Positions 9,797 to 20,225 of a DNA stretch of 64,000 nt are shown piece after piece. The stretch's first letter is position 1; each line of letters opens with the position of its first letter. Location of the stretch: assembly GCF_900314615.1 (NCBI RefSeq), contig NZ_OMWA01000011.1:9770-73769 (forward strand), read 5' to 3'. Origin of the DNA: an uncultured Methanobrevibacter sp. GTDB taxonomy: Archaea > Methanobacteriota > Methanobacteria > Methanobacteriales > Methanobacteriaceae. The notes under the pieces were generated by a model. It did no database searches, was not told where the DNA came from, and saw only the letters and a list, made by a program, of their open reading frames with translations. The translations under genes were made by a program, and so were the position numbers.

Positions 9797-10420
9797 ATGT
9801 TTTATTATTACTTGGTTATTGCTATATTTTCAAACATAATTGCCCTTAGTTTATCATGTGTAAATCCAGATATAATTAATACAATCATAAATGCAGTAAT
9901 TGTTGGTTGTTTTAGTTTAGGAGGTATTATTTATACTCAGCAAAAGACAGAAAAAAGATATCAAAGTGAATTGAATCAAAAAGATAATCAGATGAAAGTT
10001 CAGGAAGATTTTTTCAATGATATGATTATATATATGTCTAATTATCCTCATAAGATACATGCGTTAATAAAATTAAAAGATATACTAAATGAATTAATTT
10101 CAGTTTATGATATTCCATTATATAGATCATCTCCAGTATTTGGATATGGTAAAATAAAACAGGTCTATGTCAAATCCCAAAATTTTATTAATTCTCCCTT
10201 ATATTATTATTTAGATGATGATATAATATCAAAAATCGATCCACTATTTCAGGAACTGCATAAAAAATATGATACAAATCAAAGTGATTTATTTAAAATT
10301 CAAATGAATAAATATTCCACTCTTTTAACTGATAATCAATTTTTGGTTATAAAAAATATGGTTCCTGAAATTGAAAGCAGAATAAATGAAAAAATTAAAC
10401 ATGAGTTAGATAATACTTAA
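9797..10420 (+). CDS. Hypothetical protein with N-terminal transmembrane segments
   Basis: 207-aa ORF, two hydrophobic N-terminal stretches followed by a coiled-coil-like segment. Confidence 0.6.
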   Translation: MFYYYLVIAIFSNIIALSLSCVNPDIINTIINAVIVGCFSLGGIIYTQQKTEKRYQSELNQKDNQMKVQEDFFNDMIIYMSNYPHKIHALIKLKDILNELISVYDIPLYRSSPVFGYGKIKQVYVKSQNFINSPLYYYLDDDIISKIDPLFQELHKKYDTNQSDLFKIQMNKYSTLLTDNQFLVIKNMVPEIESRINEKIKHELDNT

Positions 10421-10439
10421 TATGCTATGTGGGATGTAA

Positions 10440-12452
10440 ATGATAAATGAATTTAAGATATCTGTTGATAAACTTTATAAAACTATTTCTATTAAAAAAG
10501 ATTTATTAAATTATTCAAATGAAATCTATGATGATTTTTTTGATTATATTTTAGTTTTAATTAGAAATAGATTAATTAATTTATTAAATTCTAATTATGA
10601 TGGTCAGATTACAATTAATGATTTAAATAATTTATTAATGGAACTAGTATATAAGTATCTGATTTTTGATGAAAAAAATGAAGAATATATAAAGATTATT
10701 TTTCTAATTAATAAGTTAAGTAATAATAAATATTTGCCAGTATTTAGTTCACCTAGTTGGAAAAAAATTGTAATTTTATCGAAAAATTATTTTTATTTAT
10801 CAAATGATATTAATTTAAATGATGTATTAAAAAGGAATTATCCTAAGGAATTTATTAGATCAAATTGTATAAAATTTTTATTAGATAAAGGTTATTCAAT
10901 TGAAATTGAGAGAAATAATATTAAATTCAAGGATTCTTTGGAAAAAGTTTGTTTAGATTTAGAAAATTTGATTCAGAGAGTTGGAGGTTTAACTTTACTA
11001 AATCATTTATTTTCTATTTTAATTTTTAGCCCTAAATTATCTAGGTTTTTATTTATTCAAGATTTAGAAAAAAATAGTTTGCATGTTCCATTTGATTTTT
11101 TATTTAATTTGTCATTAAAATATCCTAATTCTAATAATTTTAATAAATGTTCTTCATTAATTGAAGAGATAATAATATTATCGGTTATTGTAGTAGATTT
11201 ACATTATGATATTATATTTGAAAATTTATTTAAGCATTGGTTTGTAGAAAATAAGCATATTATTGATTATTTAAAAAAAATAATATTACAAGATTCTATT
11301 TTATATATTCCTCAAAGCAATTTGGATTTGGAAATAAAGTTATGTGATTCTTTATTTAGGGGTTATGATGAAAAATTTAAAGTGGAGTTAAATTTTTCTT
11401 TTGATGATTTTTTATATTTATCAAAATATTTAAAAGAAAATTTTAATCAGAATTCAATCAATATTCTTTCTATTGAGAATCATTCTGAAATTAATAATGT
11501 TCAATGTATAAATGTATTAAATTTCATGTCTCATTGGTCACAAGTTAATAGTGACTATCTGCTACCAGATGATTATTTTAAACATGATTATTTTAAAAAG
11601 CCATTTATTAAAAATGGTTCTCACTATATTTTATTGCCTCCTTCTATTTATTCTAAAAATTACTATGAATCTTTTGTCTCATTTTTAAATAATTATGATG
11701 AAATTGGTGATAAATTAGAAGATTTTGTAGAATATTTATTTAAAAAAAATAATATTGATTATAAAAGAAATTGTGAATACAAGTATGGGGGAATTGCAGG
11801 AGAATGTGATTTTATAATAGAATGTGATGATTCAATAATTCTTATAGAATTAAAAAAGAAAGGTTTTACAAGAAATGCACAATCCGGGGATAATTATTCA
11901 ATAATAATAGATTTATCTCAGGGTTTATTGATTTCTCAAATTCAAGCTTGTAAAGTAGAGTATTTATTGAAAAAGTATAATGATATTAAATTCCTAGACT
12001 CTGGTTATATTGAGTGGAATAATAGAGTAATTAAACGTGTATCACTAACTAGATTTGAATATGGTAGTTTTAATAATAAATTTGTTTTTAAAAATTTTAT
12101 TAATTCATTAGTATGTGGGGAATATGATTTTTATAATATTGGTGATTACTATGAAAAGACTATTGATGAGTTTAAAAAGAATTTAGAAAATTGGCATATC
12201 TATTATAATAAGTTAAATGAACTTTATAATGATTCTGAAATATTTTTATCTAATTCATATTTTATTAGTTTATCAAAATTATTCATTATTTTAAATGAAT
12301 CTTACGATAACAATTCTTTTGATAATTTGTTAAATAATGAGAATATTCACTATAATACTTTAGACTCATTCTATTGTTATTTTGAATGTATTAATGAAGA
12401 ATTTAGAAATTTAATTAATGATAATTCCACACGACAAAAATTCATATTTTAA
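10440..12452 (+). CDS. Large helical protein with C-terminal PD-(D/E)xK (NERD-like) nuclease
   Basis: LEDFV..GECDFIIECDDSIILIELKKK; 670 aa. Confidence 0.6.
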   Translation: MINEFKISVDKLYKTISIKKDLLNYSNEIYDDFFDYILVLIRNRLINLLNSNYDGQITINDLNNLLMELVYKYLIFDEKNEEYIKIIFLINKLSNNKYLPVFSSPSWKKIVILSKNYFYLSNDINLNDVLKRNYPKEFIRSNCIKFLLDKGYSIEIERNNIKFKDSLEKVCLDLENLIQRVGGLTLLNHLFSILIFSPKLSRFLFIQDLEKNSLHVPFDFLFNLSLKYPNSNNFNKCSSLIEEIIILSVIVVDLHYDIIFENLFKHWFVENKHIIDYLKKIILQDSILYIPQSNLDLEIKLCDSLFRGYDEKFKVELNFSFDDFLYLSKYLKENFNQNSINILSIENHSEINNVQCINVLNFMSHWSQVNSDYLLPDDYFKHDYFKKPFIKNGSHYILLPPSIYSKNYYESFVSFLNNYDEIGDKLEDFVEYLFKKNNIDYKRNCEYKYGGIAGECDFIIECDDSIILIELKKKGFTRNAQSGDNYSIIIDLSQGLLISQIQACKVEYLLKKYNDIKFLDSGYIEWNNRVIKRVSLTRFEYGSFNNKFVFKNFINSLVCGEYDFYNIGDYYEKTIDEFKKNLENWHIYYNKLNELYNDSEIFLSNSYFISLSKLFIILNESYDNNSFDNLLNNENIHYNTLDSFYCYFECINEEFRNLINDNSTRQKFIF

Positions 12453-12499
12453 ATTAGATCTGTTTGTTTCTAAAAACTGAATCAAGTTTTATAATTTAT

Positions 12500-13300
12500 T
12501 TAATCTTCTTTTTTCATTGAATTTGTGTTAATCTGTAAATGTTATTAATCGTGTTTTTGAGTTTGTTTCTTTATTTTATAATTTTAGGCTTCTACTTCTA
12601 TTTGTCATGTTAAATATTTTTTTATTACACTAAATATTGATTCCCCATTCTTTCTTCTTGAATATATTTCTTGATTGATTGTATTTTTGCTTTCAATCGA
12701 TAATACTCATTTTTTTTGCTCGTGTTTTTAATAGTATTTTGATCTTATGCTTTTGCTTCTTCGTTTATACATTTTTTGGGAGGGGGGGGGTTCTGTGACG
12801 TATGCTATATCTACTGGGATGTATTTTTGATTATATTTCTTCATGTTTCTTATGGCTACTATTACAAAGCGTGTGTCAAATCTTAGACCTCTTTGGGCTG
12901 CAAAATGAAGAATAATCTTGAGTCTACGTCGATTGGATATGGTTTTTTACGTACCTTTTTTCTTTCTTTTTGCATTATTATTGTGTAATATTTGTCAGCG
13001 TAGTCATTAGTTAATTAACTTCTATCCAAGCAATAATTTCACCATTTTGATGATTTATTAATATTTGTTATTTAATTCTTGTAATGCTGCTGTTTGAAGT
13101 CTTTGAAAGAATTTCTGGAGTGTTGTGTAGTGTAAAACTTTTTTAAGTGCAAATATATTTGTATTTTATCAGATAACTTCAATAAATCTATTATCTATCT
13201 GTATGTGCTTCGAATGTAGATTTTCACTGCTAAAAGAGTGAATAATGTGAGGTGTGTATAATCATACTAAACAAATTACTTTTGAATTATTATTTAATAA
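12500..13300 (-). mobile_element. Decayed IS5-family transposase, relative of the element at 23130-24301
   Basis: Colinear DNA match (e.g. tctttgggctgcaaaatgaagaat, tattacactaaatattgattc) with frameshifts and deletions; no TIR retained; limits approximate. Confidence 0.85.
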
Positions 13301-13553
13301 TGATAAAAAATTAGATTATCACATTGGAACAGTACACCGTGTGAAAGATTGTTCTTTAGAAGCAACATTACTTATTTTAAAAAATCAAACCCAAGATGAA
13401 ACACTATATCGGACTGTACTTCATGATGATTTAACTTTAATTAATAATGAAGAGTTAAGGATTGTTTATGTTGCTCTGTCACGTCCTAAAAAACTTTTAT
13501 ATTTGGCAGTCCCTGAAAATGATTATGACTTGTGGAAATCATTGTTTTCATAA
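13300..13553 (+). pseudogene. C-terminal remnant of a UvrD-like superfamily 1 helicase (GajB-like)
   Basis: HIGTVHRVK (motif V-like) and EELRIVYVALSRPKKLLYLAVP (motif VI-like); N-terminus replaced by the IS remnant. Confidence 0.7.
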
Positions 13554-14104
13554 AATATATGTATATCGATGAAAATTGTGAGTATGGTAACTTTTTAGAT
13601 GTTAATACTGGATTATCATGTATCTGGGATTTCTTTGAATTATTGAAATATGAGGCTATTCGTGAAGTTAAAATTCTGACTATCAATAATATTATTGGAA
13701 TGTTTTTATGAAATGGGATTTTAAGGAAACTAAAATGATTTTCTAAAGCTCATGAGACTTTCATAAGGAACATCAATGGAATCCTCGATGTACAGTAATA
13801 ATATAAATTCGTACAAATTATAGGGGTTTATAAATATTGGTGAATAACTATTTCAAAATGGGAAGCTATCACTTTGTTAAGAATAACTGCTTAACTAATA
13901 ATGATATAATAAATGGATAAATGGGTAGGAATAACAGCTGTGGATATATTATAAGTATTTTTTTTCAGTTTATAATAATTGTATTTATGTTTGATATTGT
14001 CAGTATTGTTTATTAGGAGCATTATTGGTTCAAAAAATATTTTAGTTATATTAATAAAACATATTTTTATATTAGAGAAATCAACTAATTTGATAGTGAT
14101 TATT

Positions 14105-16111
14105 ATGTATAATGATTCACCAATTAAGTATCGAAATCAGGATAAATTAAATCGGGTAAAATTTGCAAATTCGGTAGCCGAATCTATAATTAATTTGCCT
14201 GAACGGTCAGATAGTATTGTTATTGGATTGATGGGTGGTTGGGGCACTGGTAAATCCTCTTTGTTAAATTTAGTTGAAACTAAAGTTAAAGGTTATGCTA
14301 AAGTTTTAAGATTCAATCCCTGGAATTATTATTCTCAGCAAATGTTATTTTCTTCATTTTTTGATGAATTAATTGGTTGTTTGGATTTTGATAGTAAATT
14401 TTCTGCTTTATTTCAAAAGTATAAATATAAAATTATTGGTACTGGTGTTGAGCTAGTTAATACTATTCAACCGGGTGTAGGTTTACTTAATAATTTTGTC
14501 CCAGATTCAGAATATAAAACATTAAATGATATAAAAGATAAATTAAATGATATTTTTAAAAATCAACTTAAAACTGTTGTTATTATTGATGATATTGATA
14601 GATTAAATCCGGATGAAGTAAAACAAATATTTCAATTAGTTAAATCTTTAGCGGATTTTCCAAATATAATCTATATTTTGGCTTTTGATAAAAATTATGT
14701 AAATTATGCTTTAAAAGATTGGAATATTGAAGATGAGAAATATTCTCATACTGAAGATTTCATCGATAAAATTATTCAAGTTCCATTAACGATTCCTAAA
14801 TTTGGTGCTGAAGATTTTATTAACATATTCAAATACAAGTTTAAGAAAGTTTTAAATAATCATAATCCGGATATTGAAGATCTTAATATTGATAAATTAT
14901 ATCTAGACTTATCTCCTTTTCTTAAAAATATTCGTGACATTAATAGATTTTGCAATGCACTGGATTTTTATTTATATTCAGTAGATACTGAAATATGGAT
15001 TCACGATTTTGCATTAGTTACTGCATTACAGATTTTTGAAAAGGACATTTATGATAGCATTAAAAACAATAAAAATTTACTAACTGGTGATTTAGAAATT
15101 TTTGATGAAAAAATTGATTTAATTGATATTTTGGGAGGTAATTTAAAAAATTATTTAAATGTATTGTTTGATAATGATTTGAAATATAAAAATGCAGTTG
15201 AACAAATTTTATCTGACCTTTTCCCTAAAGTTAATTATATAATTAATGAATCTTCTCAAACCCCTAAATCTATAATTGATTTAAAAAAGAAGCATTGCGG
15301 AATAATGCAAAAAGAATATTTTGATTTATATTTCACATTTGACAATACTAACAGTTTATCTAAATCACGAATTGATTCTTTAATTTGTGCTGCTAATAAT
15401 GATAATATTAAAGAGCTAAAAACAAGTTTATTGATAATTAAGGAGATGAATTTGTTAAATTCATTAATTGATCAATTAGGTTATCATGTTGATAGTTTTG
15501 AGAATGTTGGGGTGAAAAATCTAATAAAATCATTTAATGATAATTATAATGAATTATTTGTAGATGAATCATTTAATTCCCAAAATACAAAGATTTCTAA
15601 TGCCATTAATTTAATATATTATTTAATAAAAGACAAAGAATTAGATGATAACGCTATTTTTGAATCGATTGACGAATCTGAAAATAACTATTTTAAAACT
15701 TACTTGATTTGGGAAATAACTAATGTTGTTTTGTTATCAGAAGAGATATCGTCTAAACTTAAAAAAATTATTTCTAGTTATTTATCAGATTATTTTGAGA
15801 AAACAGATTTTTCTGAAATTGAGCAAATTAGGTCAAATATTGCATTTTGGAAGAATTTTTCAGGATTTGAAGTTACCAACAAGTATATTAATGATTTAAA
15901 TGATGAAAATTTAATAATGCTTATTTCTGAATATGTGGAACATGATTTCTTTAAAGATGAGGACGTGATGAGGTACGAGTATATTGGAACTGTTGTTGAA
16001 TTGGATTCTGTTAAAAGGCGTTTTGATGAATTAAAGAATCTTGAAGGGGAATTTAATACAGAACAAATGAATACAGTAAATTTATTCGTTAATAATTTTC
16101 CGGATGATTGA
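14105..16111 (+). CDS. KAP family P-loop NTPase
   Basis: DKLNRVKFA, GLMGGWGTGKS Walker A, FNPW, VVIIDDIDRL Walker B, KIIQVP; start moved from TTG 13979 to ATG 14105 by comparison with the second KAP. Confidence 0.9.
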   Translation: MYNDSPIKYRNQDKLNRVKFANSVAESIINLPERSDSIVIGLMGGWGTGKSSLLNLVETKVKGYAKVLRFNPWNYYSQQMLFSSFFDELIGCLDFDSKFSALFQKYKYKIIGTGVELVNTIQPGVGLLNNFVPDSEYKTLNDIKDKLNDIFKNQLKTVVIIDDIDRLNPDEVKQIFQLVKSLADFPNIIYILAFDKNYVNYALKDWNIEDEKYSHTEDFIDKIIQVPLTIPKFGAEDFINIFKYKFKKVLNNHNPDIEDLNIDKLYLDLSPFLKNIRDINRFCNALDFYLYSVDTEIWIHDFALVTALQIFEKDIYDSIKNNKNLLTGDLEIFDEKIDLIDILGGNLKNYLNVLFDNDLKYKNAVEQILSDLFPKVNYIINESSQTPKSIIDLKKKHCGIMQKEYFDLYFTFDNTNSLSKSRIDSLICAANNDNIKELKTSLLIIKEMNLLNSLIDQLGYHVDSFENVGVKNLIKSFNDNYNELFVDESFNSQNTKISNAINLIYYLIKDKELDDNAIFESIDESENNYFKTYLIWEITNVVLLSEEISSKLKKIISSYLSDYFEKTDFSEIEQIRSNIAFWKNFSGFEVTNKYINDLNDENLIMLISEYVEHDFFKDEDVMRYEYIGTVVELDSVKRRFDELKNLEGEFNTEQMNTVNLFVNNFPDD

Positions 16112-16154
16112 TTAGGTATTCAGTACTTATTGATTAGAATTAAATAAAATAAAT

Positions 16155-17630
16155 GTGAAACTCATGAAAATTAATAAAGAGTTACTTAATCAAATTAATA
16201 AATTCATTGATTTAGAAAAATTTGACTCTGAAGAAGATATCTTAAATTCATTAAAATCTCAACAAGAAACTCCAAAATTAAAATATTTAACTGCAAGTTT
16301 ACTTTTTGATTTAGGTATTAGAAATGAGGATTTGGATCAAATTAACGAGGCTATTAAAATTTTTGAAGAAATCAAAGAACAAGATTTTGATTTTGTTAAC
16401 TATTATCTGGGAACATTGAATTTAGTGAAATATTATAAGCTTAAACCTAACTATTTGTCTGATCCAGATGACCTTCTTTTTAATTCTAAACTATATCTAA
16501 AACAAGAATTGTTAATTAATTGTCCTGAAACATTTCGTGAGGCTAGTGTTCATTTAGGTATTGTTTATAATGGTTTGGGGAGAACAATCGAGTCTTTGGA
16601 CTGTTTTGATAATGTATTAAAATATCATAATAGTACCTATGCACTTTATAATAAAGCTTATGCATTATATACATATTCTTTCTTTTCAATCAATCATTCT
16701 TTGATTATTCGTGATGCATATAATTGTTTCAAGATTGTTTTGGAAGATGATAATTTTTCACAAGAAATGAAAGTGAAATCAAAAGAGTATGTTGATGAAA
16801 TATTAATATTATTTGAAAAAGAATTTCTTGAAAGTGACTCCGAGGAGGAAATTAAAATAGAAGTAGAAGATGATTTTGAATGGTTTATGGTAAATTATTG
16901 TTGGGAAAATCGTTTATATTTAAATTTATGTAATTTCTGCCAAAAATGTAGTAATTCTATTGGGGATGCTATTGTTATAGAAAAGATGATTAATGAAATT
17001 TCAGAAAGTGTTGAAAATGATTCATTCTTAGTTTTATCGTCATATTTAAACCAGCTTAAAATGGATTATGTTTCTGCAAGATTTTTGTTAATATTATCTC
17101 AATATGATGGTTTTGATTTAGATGTTATAACAAAACATGTTTTTATTGTTGATACTCAATTTAGTGAAGAAAATAATATTAGAATACAATTATTGAAAGA
17201 TGCATTTAAGAATTTTTTCAATATTCTTGATAAAATTGCTTATTTTATGAATGATTATTTGGATTTAGGAGTTGACCAGAATTATATTGGGTTTCAAAAT
17301 GTATGGTTTAAAAAAGGAAAGTATAATCAAGGAATTAATGAAAAATTACTTAAAATGGATAACTATGGATTAACTGCATTATATGATATTTATTTAGAAT
17401 TAAAGAAAGGTAATGAAAAATTTTATTTAAGGGACACAAGGAATTTATTAACTCATAAATACTTAAGAATTACTGAAAATCCCTTTGAAAACAGTAAAAC
17501 AGTTGAAGAATTACATAATGAAACTATTGAAGTTGCAATCCTTGTTAAAAATGCTATAATCTATTTGTTGAGATTAGTTAAAATTAATGAAAATCAAAAA
17601 GAACAAGACTTGGACATGGATTTTATATAA
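16155..17630 (+). CDS. TPR-like plus LA2681-family HEPN protein
   Basis: YLNQLKMDYVSARFLL, LKDAFKNFFNILDKIA, RNLLTHKY (RxxxxH); helical TPR-like N-terminus; ATG alternative at 16164. Confidence 0.8.
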   Translation: MKLMKINKELLNQINKFIDLEKFDSEEDILNSLKSQQETPKLKYLTASLLFDLGIRNEDLDQINEAIKIFEEIKEQDFDFVNYYLGTLNLVKYYKLKPNYLSDPDDLLFNSKLYLKQELLINCPETFREASVHLGIVYNGLGRTIESLDCFDNVLKYHNSTYALYNKAYALYTYSFFSINHSLIIRDAYNCFKIVLEDDNFSQEMKVKSKEYVDEILILFEKEFLESDSEEEIKIEVEDDFEWFMVNYCWENRLYLNLCNFCQKCSNSIGDAIVIEKMINEISESVENDSFLVLSSYLNQLKMDYVSARFLLILSQYDGFDLDVITKHVFIVDTQFSEENNIRIQLLKDAFKNFFNILDKIAYFMNDYLDLGVDQNYIGFQNVWFKKGKYNQGINEKLLKMDNYGLTALYDIYLELKKGNEKFYLRDTRNLLTHKYLRITENPFENSKTVEELHNETIEVAILVKNAIIYLLRLVKINENQKEQDLDMDFI

Positions 17631-17653
17631 GTGAAATTTGTGCATCTGATGAA

Positions 17654-19174
17654 ATGCTTAAATTGAATAAATGTGGTGATTATATGGAATATTTTTCAAA
17701 ATTTGAATGGGAATTTCTTCAAGAAGATTTGGATTTATCAACAAATTATGTGTTAAAAAGCAATCTTGAGATATCGTCTTTCGAATCTTGTTATTTAAAA
17801 AGGGATGGGGATTATAATTTAATTTTTGAGATTATTGGTAATATAAATAGGGAATCCTATGATAAATTACAAGAAAATGCAAATGTGGTTCATTTTTTAT
17901 TTGAAAATGATGAGGAATGTATTATACTTAATTTTTGTATATTGCATAATAGGTTAATTTCATTTAATAAAGATACTGGTTATAAAGAAGTAACTGAATT
18001 TAAAGTTAAACATGTTGAAAGAACATATAAAAACAATTTAAATACGGTTGATTGTATTAAAGAGTTCTATTTGAATAGTGTGAGATATAAGGATATATTT
18101 TCTAGAGTTACAAATTATTATAAAGATGAAAAATTTCTTAAAGTAAGGGAGTGGGAAGAAGATAAGTTAAATGAATTAAAAGGTATCTCTCCAAAAATGT
18201 CTGCGGGGGATCATCTTTTATTGGATTTGGATGAATTTAGTTTTATTTTACAGGATATTCGTGAATTTGGTCCAAAATGGTCAAATAAACTATGTATTGA
18301 ATATCAAAGACAATTTAACATCCCTTCAGAAGAAATTCGTCAAAAAAATAGGGAAATTCTTTCTTTTTTATTGGGAAAACATTTGATAAAGGTTGGTGAA
18401 ACTTATTTCGATAATCAAAACAGAATTATTAAAGAAATCGCAATGTTGCCTTCTTTTTCTCCAAGAATTAATTTAAAAGAGGCATGTAAACGAATTGAAG
18501 TTCCAGCTATTTCACCTAATAATTTCCCAATGTTTAATCCTTTAGAAAAAGATTTAAGCAGATTAATTGACGCATATTTATCAGAAAATGAAATAGATTT
18601 GTCATATGTTTTAGAATACATGACATTTTCCACTACAATTCCAACTGAACACGAAATAATTGTTATTGGGGGTTGTTTAGATGAATTAGCAGATATTTGG
18701 TTTAATTCATCTAAATCGGATTCTGTTGGGGAATTAATTAAAAAAGATGAATTTGATATTTTATTAAAAGAGTGTCTTCCTATTATTAATGAAAAATTAG
18801 TAAATCATCCTGATGTTTTTAAAAATATTCATGAGGGTTATAAAATTACTGGTTATCAAAAGGTTAAAAAATTTTTGGATGAAGTAGGAATATCTCAAGG
18901 TAACGCTGAAAAAAAGGCAAGGGGATATAGAAATATTTCTGCTCATGGTCATGAGATGTCTGATGAAACTAGATTGAAAATGATTTATTTAACTGATGTT
19001 TATAGAACTTTTTTAAATAGGATTATTTTAAAAATATTAGGTTTTGAAGTTTATTTTGATTTGACTAATTATATGAATATTCAAATTGGAGACCATTTAC
19101 CTAACAATATTTTTAAAAAGAATTATACGGAGATTAAAAAGTTTTATGATGATCTTAAAAAGAATGGTGAGTAA
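17654..19174 (+). CDS. ApeA-like protein (beta-rich N-terminal domain plus HEPN)
   Basis: C-terminal YRNISAHG (RxxxxH) followed by YRTFLNRIILKILG; size and layout fit the ApeA-like class. Confidence 0.6.
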   Translation: MLKLNKCGDYMEYFSKFEWEFLQEDLDLSTNYVLKSNLEISSFESCYLKRDGDYNLIFEIIGNINRESYDKLQENANVVHFLFENDEECIILNFCILHNRLISFNKDTGYKEVTEFKVKHVERTYKNNLNTVDCIKEFYLNSVRYKDIFSRVTNYYKDEKFLKVREWEEDKLNELKGISPKMSAGDHLLLDLDEFSFILQDIREFGPKWSNKLCIEYQRQFNIPSEEIRQKNREILSFLLGKHLIKVGETYFDNQNRIIKEIAMLPSFSPRINLKEACKRIEVPAISPNNFPMFNPLEKDLSRLIDAYLSENEIDLSYVLEYMTFSTTIPTEHEIIVIGGCLDELADIWFNSSKSDSVGELIKKDEFDILLKECLPIINEKLVNHPDVFKNIHEGYKITGYQKVKKFLDEVGISQGNAEKKARGYRNISAHGHEMSDETRLKMIYLTDVYRTFLNRIILKILGFEVYFDLTNYMNIQIGDHLPNNIFKKNYTEIKKFYDDLKKNGE

Positions 19175-19406
19175 AATCTATAAATTATTTTAGGAGGTCT
19201 GAATTTTTCTGATACAAACATACATTTATCTTGATGGTTAATAGTGGATACTCTTAAATTTCTAATTTTTCAATTTAAAGTAGTTTAATTAAAAATAAAA
19301 AATAGGTTATACATGATTAATTTTTGTTTAAAAAGGGTCACGATAATAATTATATAATCCCAAAAACAAAATAATAATTATAATACTTATTTTTAGGTGA
19401 ATAATC

Positions 19407-20204
19407 GTGCAAATAACTGATGCAAATCAACTTCTGGAATTAAATGAAAATGAATTCATAGGTGAAGTTCCAATAATGACAAACTCCCAAATTAATTTCA
19501 ATGGTAAAAATAACATTTTAGTTTGTGAAGATGATGTTCATCTGTGGAACTCCAGAATTGATTTCAACCTTGACAATTCCGTTTTATACCTTTCAAGCAA
19601 TATCCATGATTATTCAGTTAATATTTCACTTCACAACAACAATGTCTGTTTTATCGGAAAGAACAATTTCTTCAACGGCAGAACCAGCTTTGTTTTATCT
19701 GAATCCAAAAACATCATTTTAGGTGATGAATGTTTCATTTCATATAATGTTGTTTTTAGAACCTCTGACGGACATCCGATTTACAATGACATGTCAAAAA
19801 AGAGGATGAACTGGCCTAAAAGCATTTATGTTGGAGATCATGTCTGGTTTGGTCAAAACGCAATGATTTTTAAAGGATCCAAAATAGGCTCAGGTTCTAT
19901 AATAGGTGCCAATTCAGTTGTTTCAAACAAAAGGATTCCTTCAAATACAACTTACGCCGGTGCGCCTTTAAGATTAATTCATGAAAATACCTTCTGGACT
20001 CCGCATTCTGTTCATGGGTGGAATAATGAGGAAATCGAAAAAATGTCTGAGTCCGATTCAGATTTGTTCAGCTATTCTCCTGATGAAAACACATTGGATT
20101 TTGATGAAATTGAAAGTATCTTAAATAGTTCTAATCAAGACGACGCAGTTGAATATGTGTCAATGTTTTTATTTGCGGGCAAAAATCGTTTTTGTCTAAA
20201 ATAA
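19407..20204 (+). CDS. Hexapeptide-repeat (LbH) O-acyltransferase
   Basis: IILGDECFIS, RTSDGHPI, IYVGDHVWFG, KIGSGSIIGANSVV, YAGAP. Confidence 0.85.
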   Translation: MQITDANQLLELNENEFIGEVPIMTNSQINFNGKNNILVCEDDVHLWNSRIDFNLDNSVLYLSSNIHDYSVNISLHNNNVCFIGKNNFFNGRTSFVLSESKNIILGDECFISYNVVFRTSDGHPIYNDMSKKRMNWPKSIYVGDHVWFGQNAMIFKGSKIGSGSIIGANSVVSNKRIPSNTTYAGAPLRLIHENTFWTPHSVHGWNNEEIEKMSESDSDLFSYSPDENTLDFDEIESILNSSNQDDAVEYVSMFLFAGKNRFCLK

Positions 20205-20225
20205 TATTTATAGGAAGTTTTAATT

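Noticed and set aside
12778-12790. G-rich run in the IS remnant, and G8 at 31270-31277 in the AbrB gene
   Set aside because: The first lies in an already dead pseudogene; the second keeps the frame and is short. No functional claim is supportable.
13979-14104. Hydrophobic N-terminal extension of KAP NTPase 1
   Set aside because: TTG-start extension in AT-rich DNA; the paralog at 24397 starts at the position equivalent to ATG 14105.
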